NCBI GenBank assembly: GCA_025603075.1
Contig: MU626468.1
Location: forward strand, 1-33,399
Direction of reading: 5' to 3'
Origin: Neoconidiobolus thromboides FSU 785
Lineage: Eukaryota > Fungi > Entomophthoromycota
DNA length: 33,399 bases
Below are positions 25,331 through 33,399 of the stretch, piece after piece. Under the pieces are notes generated by a model. The model searched no databases and was not told where the DNA came from. It worked only from the letters and a program-made list of their open reading frames with translations. Both the position numbers and the translations under genes were made by a program. The number at the start of each line of letters is the position of its first letter. Position 1 is the stretch's first letter.

Positions 25331-25369
25331 AATTGTCAGTAAAATCCTTAAACACAAAAATACATTCCC
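25331..25369 (-). mobile_element. MITE family A, terminal fragment
   Basis: AATTGTCAGTAAAATCCTTAAACACAAAAATACATTCCC followed by ATAT. Confidence 0.75.
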
Positions 25370-25376
25370 ATATTGT

Positions 25377-25500
25377 AAAATATCGCTTTATTAGCTCTAT
25401 GATTATTTATAACATAACAATCACTTAAGTTGTTGCATTCTTGGGTTCAGGCACAATCAATCCCAAACTTTATTTTAATTTGCTATGATAATTTTTGCCA
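25377..25500 (+). repeat. Dispersed repeat family B, copy 2
   Basis: AAAATATCGCTTTATTAG...TTATAACATAACAATCACTTAAGTTGTTG...AATCAATCCC...TTATTTTAATTTGCTATGATAATTT is homologous to 245-371. Confidence 0.8.
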
Positions 25501-25613
25501 TGTGGTTCCGAGAGACCTTATCCTCCTGTATTAACATTCATACTTGTTGGAGTATAAAAGAGATTTTAGAGCATAATAACTCGAGGCTTTTTAATTGAGT
25601 TGTTCCTTGATAC

Positions 25614-25711
25614 GGGGGTGTTTTTTTGTGTTTAAGAATTTTACTAACAATCTTTCCACTCGAATAGCGCTTAAAAAATGGAAAAATAATGAAATTAAAA
25701 AAAACATCACC
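25614..25711 (+). mobile_element. MITE family A, left member of inverted pair
   Basis: GGGGGTGTTTTTTTGTGTTTAAG...AAAACATCACC. It shares ATAT 25712-25715 with the next copy. Confidence 0.9.
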
Positions 25712-25715
25712 ATAT

Positions 25716-25814
25716 GAGAGCATCTTTTTTGACTTCATTATTTTTTCCATTTTTTAAGCGCTATTTAAGTGGAAAATTTGTTAGCAAAACTCTTAAACAC
25801 AAAAATATATCTCC
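25716..25814 (-). mobile_element. MITE family A, right member of inverted pair
   Basis: GAGAGCATCTTTTTTGACTTCA...AAAAATATATCTCC flanked by ATAT/ATAT. Confidence 0.85.
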
Positions 25815-26718
25815 ATATTGTACTTTTAATAAAACCACTAAATCTTTCTGATAGTATTTTACATAGGTTTTACAGTAGTGTTATCTATTCTATTTGTCTT
25901 ACATAGTTCATAGCCTACGACATGCTATTTTTCATAATTCAGGTCTATCTTAGTTACATAAATTAAGACCTTTTGACTCAAACCATTGAGTACCAGATTT
26001 CATAGAGTATCAAAAAACTATGAGATTTTTTATACTTGTATTTAAGGCTTTGGTTGAAATCAAAAATAAACAGTAGTTCTTTACAATTTTTTAAGGAAAA
26101 AGTATATCAGATAGTTTTAAAAAATAAACAAATTTAATAGCACTGTTAGTATGTTTTATAGCTTTAGTTCAATTCTAACATTCACTATATGAAATTATAA
26201 AGATGAATTTAATAATATCACGCTATTTGGTTGTTATATTTGTAATTATAAATGAAAAATTTATGTAGGGATCTTATAGAAGTAGATTGAAGTTTAAAGA
26301 TGTATAAGATTGTAATTTTATTTTACTATTTTGTCCGTTTTTTAAAGAGCATAAAAATTCAAATTTTTTTTATTTAAACTTAACAAACATGTTTTTGTAT
26401 CTTAATTCAAAGCTATTCAAACTTAAAGCAGTACATTTTTAAAACTGATATTAAAATACAGTTACTTAAACTATAAATTGCAATCAACTTATATAATATT
26501 TTGTTAATCACAAACAACTAAATGCCTTTAGGCTTTCGACAACCAAAGCTATGTAGCCTTTAAAAATAAGATATTAGGCTTTATAATTAGCAAACATTTA
26601 TTATTGAAAAGAACATAGAATGGATACTTAAAATAAAACATAATCAAATTATTTACAATTTAAATTTGACCATAAACGATCCCAAATCATATTATTTAGC
26701 ATGTAATTTAAGCCTAAT

Positions 26719-28449
26719 TTATCTGTGAAAGATATCCTTTTCTAAGGCAATCAACGATTGCACAGTTCCAGTAATCACCACAAAGATCCCAGTAATAAAA
26801 ATAGCGGAGCAAATAAATTTCATATATAAAGAGCAGCTTCTCCAGCCATAAAGTTTAACATAAAATAATGGAGGAAATATCTAAAAATCAAATTAATATA
26901 TAAACAAGTCATAAAATTTAAAATATACAAAAACAATTATTCCATTTGAAAGAGCACCAAGCAAAGCCATAACATGGTCAAAATAAGGTAATAAAATCGC
27001 AAACGAACAGGTGAAGATTGATATCAGCATACGAAAAGCAACCCTATAAACTGCTTGCCTACCTGGAGAAACATTGCTTGATGTTAAGCCTAATGAATGC
27101 TCAGCCTAATTAAGTTAGATTAAGAGATGACATAACATAAATATAATTTACTTCAATCGAAAAACTAGTAAGATTGATAGGAATAGCTAACAAAACATGC
27201 GCAGTTAACATAATGATGGCTACTGTAACAGCTAAGCCAGGTTGTAGGTTGTTAAATATAGGAGAAACGGTATTGTTGCCATAGGCTAAATAGCCAATGA
27301 AAGCCACTGAACTGTAAAGAAAACACACAAATAAAAGTGCCCACTTTAAAACGTTGTTGAATGATTTTGGATTTTGCATGGAATGCTCAACATGTGAAAA
27401 TACAGAGTTACCTCCAAAACTAAATGAAATTGAAGCTAATGATAATGGTAAATACTTTAAAGAAATCCATGAATATGTTGGATAATTGGCTGCATTCCCA
27501 TAGGCTTCTATTATTGTGTTTCCAGAATTTTCTAAATGATTATAATCTACATAAGCTACATTTAATACTACTACTACCATTACAATCGTGGTAATGACAC
27601 CAAATACACTAAAAATGAATAAATGCTATAAGATCTTAAATATTGGCTTACCTCAACATAGCCGCCTCCTTCAAAGTTTTAATACTAACAAATGGAACAC
27701 AGCTTAGAATGGTACATATGATGATCCTGAATCATTATAAATTATTTGACAATTTAAAATAGAGTTTTCAATCAGTTTACCATTCATGTTTAGTTAGCCC
27801 AGTCCATTTATCCACTAGCTCCAAATTATTAGACGCAAGTATAAGATATAGTCCACAAGCACCAACTGTTAATGAAGAAAAACAAATTTCCACCAATCTT
27901 TTACCATTTTTACCATACGCCGCTTCCCCAATTTCAATAATTCCATTTAATCGATTTAATCTAAATAGATCGTAAATAAAACCTAATTAAATAATCTTGC
28001 TATCTATTACCCATCATAATAGAGACAGGCTACTGTAAGCTTGCCACCTTGATAAGCCAAAAATCCAGATATGAAGATCCAAAGCAGAGCAAACCAGCCA
28101 CCTGTTTTTAAAGCGTAAGGAAGTTGTAATATACCGGTACCTGCCATCACACATACAATATGGAAAAATGCGACCAAGGAACTGGATTTGGTATATAGAT
28201 CCATTTCATTGCTGACAGCTCCATTATTTACTAATATAAATTTAACTTTGGTTGGGCCTTCGTTTTTAATAGTTTATACTTACTTGATCCATAGCCTATT
28301 GTTTCTCTATCTACGATATGGTAAGTGGATAGTAATTCTTCTACTTCTTCATCTGTAATGATACATGAATTAAGGCTAGTCATTGTGAGCCTTGGTGGCG
28401 GATTGGATCTTGGTATTGGTTCATTGGATCTTGTTGTTGTTCCTGTCAT
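26719..28449 (-). CDS. Amino-acid transporter, Aa_trans/AAAP family (AVT1-like vacuolar type), 7 exons, ~478 aa
   Basis: Exons 28449-28284, 28230-28011, 27960-27781, 27726-27652, 27608-27152, 27105-26929 and 26880-26719 join in frame. Motifs include FFHIVCVMAGTGILQLPYALKTGGW, FSFGGNSVFSHVEHSMQNPKSF and LPYFDHVMALLGAL, with many hydrophobic helices. Confidence 0.9.
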
Positions 28450-29442
28450 AGTAGTTTATTTACAAGTATTGTTACTGTTATTTATTATATATTTTAAAAG
28501 TGATTGAGTTAAAGCGTACTTAATTTTCATTTTGTTTTATTTTAGCCGTTAATTTATGATCATGTGCTTTAACTAGCCTCTCTGTTTTGATAGGTTAATA
28601 AGGTTTGTCCTTTCATTTTCACTAGTCAACCATTAATATGTGGGAGCTTTTCTAATTATTAGACTTTTACTCTAGTGCCTCAATTTGAGTTTAAATTATA
28701 ATTACATAAGGAAGATAATGATTATATAAAAAGAATTATATTATAATGTCTTAACCTTTTGTTCATCTTAAACGACTTAAAATTCAAATAAATCTTAATT
28801 AACTTTTAACTTGATTTGAAACTGTAAATTGTTCATTCTTATTTGTGAAAAGATAGCTATGAATTATTAGAATAACAGTTCCACAGCTAAATAACAACAG
28901 TAAAGGCTTTAAAGTTAAAGAATAATGAAGATCTAATATGATTATTTTAATTAAAAATTTAAAGGCTAAAATACATTTTATTTGGCTAAAAGAGAATCTA
29001 TGGAAAGGCAGAGGGAAAAGTCAAAAAATAACGACAATAAAAAGGATGATAGCTCTCTAACCACTTAATTCTTAATTTCGTCCAATTTAATATTGTAACG
29101 TTTTCTAGTTGATTACAAATATCAGGAATTATATAGTTAACAGAAATTATAAGTAATACTGAAGTAGAAAGTTGATGGTTGAATACTATATCAGCATCTT
29201 ATAAATATTTAATAATTCACTTTGACTACTTCAAAGTTCGGAAACAGAGACAAAAAACATAACTTTCAACTGTATCAAAAACAACATCAATTATAATCTG
29301 CTTTGTATATCTATAGTTGTATAAACTCAATCTTTTTATCGATATGAGGTTTGTTTGCTTTTGGAACATCAGAATGAAGACTCTGGATATTCGGAAGCTC
29401 ATAAACTGATTTTGATAATGTGATGACATTTTTCTGACATAT

Positions 29443-29540
29443 GGGGATATTTTTTTTGGCTTCATTACTTTTCCATCTTTTAAGCACTAATTGAGTGGAA
29501 AAATTGTTAGTAAAATTCTTAAATACAAAAATACATCCCC
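29443..29540 (-). mobile_element. MITE family A (98 bp, near-consensus)
   Basis: GGGGATATTTTTTTTGGC...AAAAATACATCCCC flanked by ATAT/ATAT. Confidence 0.92.
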
Positions 29541-29599
29541 ATATACTCCTTTTAATGTTGATATTTTAAAAAAACTGTAATCAGGTAAATTAGATGGAT

Positions 29600-30432
29600 C
29601 AAAGCACCTTAAAGTAGAGAGACACTACCGTTTTGAATAACCTTTCCATTTTCTTTCTTTTTCTCCAAAAAAGTTCCCATAAGGTCAATAAAATATACAC
29701 TTTTGAGTAATTTTAAATCTTTAAAACATCAAACATCAAAGCTTCAACCAAATTTCCCTCAAACCAACAATTTTAACTCTATATTAAAATTTAATATTGG
29801 ATTATATATAGTACATGAAAAAATAATTGCTTGAAACTTAAAATGCAACAATTTTAGCTTATTGAATTTTAATTTTATAGCATCTATCCCATCAAGATGT
29901 AAATAAGAATGGGAATGTATCTTTAATAATTTCAAGTTATTGAGACTCAAAGATCTAATAGTTTCATTAACACTATCATCTTTTGCATTGATGTTCACTA
30001 TTTCAATTTGTGTTATATAGCTATTAAATTACGTTATTCTATAAGGGGTAATGTTTGTTGATACACACAAAGCTTTTATTAATGGTAATCTAATACCGAT
30101 AAAAAGGTCATCACTATTATAAGCGCTACTATAATTAGTATGCTTTGCATACTTCATAAAGTTACATTAGGGCAAGAATTCGCTAGCCCAATATTCATCT
30201 TATTTAAACATAATTGTTTGATTATATCCCTATTTTCTTGTATATAAATCTTCCGGCGTTCATTATATTTAGTACAAGGATAATGTTAATGAATAAAATT
30301 ACGTCCAATAACCCCATTTATAACCTTAAATAAATATTTGTTTAAAAAGTGCAACTCAAGCAATCCTTCTACCTTCACTGGTTCAAATATTTCTTCTAAT
30401 AAAATGACAAGTAAATAATCAAATTGGATTGG
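29600..30432 (-). pseudogene. Decayed F-box/LRR-like gene
   Basis: Minus-strand translation gives an F-box-like N-terminus (DYLLVILLEEIFEPVKVEGLLELHFLNKYLFKVI), then LRR-like segments (ANSCPNVTL, IRLPLIKAL, LSLNNLKLLKI, FKDLKLLKSVYF). It is interrupted by several in-frame stops and at least one frameshift, and no ATG is evident. Confidence 0.5.
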
Positions 30433-31629
30433 TATTATAAAATAAAGTTAATGAAGTTAATAAAAAAGAAACATTTTATGTAAGTTACTTTATTGAAATA
30501 ACTATAAAATTTAGTCGTTTAACAGTCAGATTAAATATTTGTAAATTCAGAAGTTGTCAGGGATTGGGATCAAAGTGAGATTGAAAGCTACCCAAATTGT
30601 AAGATTTTTATAGAAACACATTTCATTATTTGAGAAATGTTTTGAAGATGTTTTCAAATTTCGGTAGTTTTTACATCCGTTAGCTAACTCAAAATAAAAA
30701 AGATGTAGTTAAATATAAAACCAAAAAGTACATTTCATCTCATTTTTGTATTTTATATTTTATAACTATTAAATTTTACTTAGTCTGTTCATATTGATCG
30801 CCATGTCTTTCCCACGATTTTGGCTAATAAACATGATAACTAACGTGAAACAGACCGAGTATTCTTTTCTTTCGTGACATAGCTATTGCTAAATAGATAA
30901 GCCAAAAAATTACTGCTTGATTTTTTTCATAAAGTTCATTCAAAACAATTCAACTACAACAAACAATTAATCGTATAGATTTATTGCAATTAAAGACACA
31001 AACATTTTAATAAGAGCATTTGTTATTTTATTCTGAGCATTTCGCTTTTTTATCTTAATAATTCAATTTATTTAATGTTTTTAGAGATCAGAGCTAATTT
31101 TTTGAAACTTTACGTGATACTTACTATTATTTCATTTAAATATTATATTTAAAGAAACTTGTTTTACGGCTCTTGACAATAGAATTTCAAATCAGCATTA
31201 AAGCTGGATGGAAAAAACAAAAAAAACAAATTTTAAAAAAGAAAGCTTAGACAAAGGAATGTATCTTAAATATAAAATGAGTAGATTTCTGATCCTTAAA
31301 ATACTAATTAGTCATTTACTGTATAAGAGCTATAAGAGCTATAGTAGCGAAGGTTCGGAAAATGCTCGCCAACCTATTTGATTAATGATAAATGGAATAG
31401 AGTTTAAGCTAAAATCTAAATAACTAGGCATCAAGATGCATGAATTTAAATGTTTTTAGGGTTATACAGGCTTTTCATTTTTCTATTTTTATAAATATAG
31501 ATTTGATTTACTTAACGTTTGTTTTTCTTATCATACTTTATGATTATCAAATAATATGGCGTTTTACGTTATTGTTTCCGGTAAACTTATAATATACGTT
31601 ATAGGGAATAATGCTATATAAAATAATAT

Positions 31630-31727
31630 GGGGATGTATTTTTGTGTTTAAGAACTTTACTAATAAATTTTCCACTCAAATAGCGCTTAAAAAATGGGAA
31701 AAATAATGAAATCAAAAAAACACTCCC
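31630..31727 (+). mobile_element. MITE family A (98 bp, near-consensus)
   Basis: GGGGATGTATTTTTGTG...AAAAAAACACTCCC flanked by ATAT/ATAT. Confidence 0.92.
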
Positions 31728-32088
31728 ATATAGTATAATAACATACATGCTCCAAACTTAAATAAACCAAAATAAAATTGAATGATTAAAAAGACATAAT
31801 AGCTTTATTAGGTGATTTAGTTTCCAAAATAACAAATAGGTTTATCAATGTAGGACAAAAGTAAACGGAATAGGGATCAAAAAGAGTTTGATGAATATAA
31901 TGAGCATTATATAGCTGAATTTTAAACGGTAAATAAATATAATATATATCATACAAACAACTATTAACCAAATAAAATTTCTAAATCAACCGTATATATA
32001 TTAATGTCAGCTAACCAGTCATTATAAAAAAAGGAAGACACAAATTAATTAGCAAAAAATAAACAATTAAGTGCAGATAATAACATAT

Positions 32089-32186
32089 GGGGGTGTTTTT
32101 TTGGTTTGATCACTTTTTCCATCTTTTAAGTGCTATTCAAGTAAAATAATTGTTAAAAAAATTGTTAAATACAAAAATAGATTTCC
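32089..32186 (-). mobile_element. MITE family A, first member of tandem pair
   Basis: GGGGGTGTTTTTTTGG...AAAAATAGATTTCC. It shares ATAT 32187-32190 with the next copy. Confidence 0.85.
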
Positions 32187-32190
32187 ATAT

Positions 32191-32284
32191 GGGGATGTCT
32201 CTTTTGGCTTCATCATTTTTTCTATCTTTCAAGCGCTATTTAAGTGGAAATTTTTTTAAAATTCTGAGATATAAAAACACATCC
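32191..32284 (-). mobile_element. MITE family A, second member of tandem pair
   Basis: GGGGATGTCTCTTTTGGC...AAAAACACATCC flanked by ATAT/ATAT. Confidence 0.85.
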
Positions 32285-32869
32285 ATATATGTTATTGTTA
32301 AATTTATAAAATTATTACCATTTGTATTAATAAAATCAAATGGGATCTAAAACATTTTGAATATCAGCATAAAGGGCTATAGTTCGAACCATATTGACTT
32401 TATTTTATATTGCAACATCACCAAGAGTTTTTATCTTCATATTATTAATAAGAGCGATTTGAACGAGCACTTTCCGAAATACAGAACTGGGATAAACTCT
32501 TTTTAGTCATTTGAGTCACTAAACTACTTATAATGATCACAATAAAGCTAATCAAATCATTCCATTTTAATAATAGATTTAAAATCAAGTTCTTCGATTT
32601 GATATAATGTTATATTAGGATTTTCTTGATTTATTGTTGATAGAATTTACTGGTATTTTCTTACCATATTTTTTCCCTTATTTACATTCAATAAATATAG
32701 ATGCATAAGTTCTATTGCTTCCTGTATTTATTTATAGTCCCTTGGTTAATTCGGCTATCTTTAGTTACTTCATTGACTTCGTCTATTAAAAAAGGATTTT
32801 GATTTTCTTTTGATCCAAGGTTAATGAGATGATATCTAAAAAATAAAGTAGACAAAGTATTAAATATAT

Positions 32870-32967
32870 AGGTGTGTTTTTTTGGCTTCATTACTTTTTT
32901 CATCTTTCAAACACTATTTGAGTGGAAAAATTGTTAGTAAAATTCTTAAATACAAAAATACACCCCC
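32870..32967 (-). mobile_element. MITE family A (98 bp)
   Basis: AGGTGTGTTTTTTTGGCTTCA...AAAAATACACCCCC flanked by ATAT/ATAT. Confidence 0.9.
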
Positions 32968-33399
32968 ATATAGTAATACTCTAGAACCAAATGATAGTTT
33001 ACACAATTGTTTAACAAATAAGGTTTAAAATCGCGTTTTTGAATAAGTTAATATTTTTGGTGAATGTTTGGTATAGGCTTACCTTCTACAAAACTTGAAA
33101 GTTTTCTCAACTTTGTAAATATTCTGAAACTTTAATATTAGCAGATAATAATCTTTTAGTTATTTAAGTCAATAAATTCCTCATGAGTCTTTTCATCATC
33201 TTTTCAAGGACATTTATATAAAGTAATAAATAAAAGAGTAATTTTAATAATAATAAAGATACTCATTACTGATAATCCCGAAAAAAATTATAAATTGACT
33301 TTTAAGAAAGTTAAAAAGTAAACAAACTTGATAATAAACATAAAATTATAACACTTACATTTCAATTTTAAACCTTGAAATAATTTAATAATAAATAAG

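Noticed and set aside
5069-28507. Antisense or alternative-frame ORFs (5069-5326, 6253-6543, 6712-7023, 10116-10307, 10142-10414, 11681-11872, 15510-15692, 16317-16538, 28325-28507)
   Set aside because: They are shadows of well-supported genes on the other strand or frame and have no recognisable motifs.
31322-31343. Short tandem duplication TATAAGAGC x2
   Set aside because: A local slippage-type duplication with no further structure.
32350-32860. Possible pseudogene remnant next to MITE 32870
   Set aside because: It has some coding-like stretches, but multiple stops and frameshifts and no identifiable domain.
1074-32903. Short ORFs sharing peptides like FFKRYLSGKFVSKILKHKNT (1074-1280, 25538-25750, 29226-29465, 32150-32350, 32712-32903)
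   Set aside because: They overlap MITE family A copies. The shared peptide is a translation of the repeat, not a protein family.
372-32967. Family A as a CRISPR array or tRNA/SINE
   Set aside because: The copies are dispersed in both orientations with TIRs and target duplications. There are no regular spacers, cloverleaf, A/B boxes or poly(A) tail.

Overview
Eukaryotic, very AT-rich fungal genomic DNA with short (~45-55 nt) GT-AG introns. The gene set and architecture suggest an early-diverging fungus, possibly Entomophthorales/Conidiobolus-like (inference). The left half (3.0-16.6 kb) is a compact block of conserved genes: a bHLH-ZIP factor, UTP15, the blue-light receptor WC-1, the corepressor TUP1, an MRP49/mL61-like mitoribosomal protein missed by the ORF track, and a Cps3/Lee1-like tandem CCCH protein. 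The right half is gene-poor, with a group I truncated (2/2) hemoglobin, an AVT-type amino-acid transporter and a decayed F-box/LRR gene. The most unusual protein is the truncated hemoglobin. It ends in a polybasic stretch plus CaaX box (CSLM), carries a KCPFCC motif, and has Phe at the E7/E11 distal positions, so it is a candidate lipid-anchored globin. Intergenic DNA holds about 18 copies or fragments of one ~98-bp MITE with GGGG...CCCC ends and 4-bp AWWT target duplications, including nested, tandem and inverted pairs. A second ~125-bp repeat and a ~390-bp foldback element are also present. All exon structures were deduced by hand from splice signals and frame continuity; no database searches were run.
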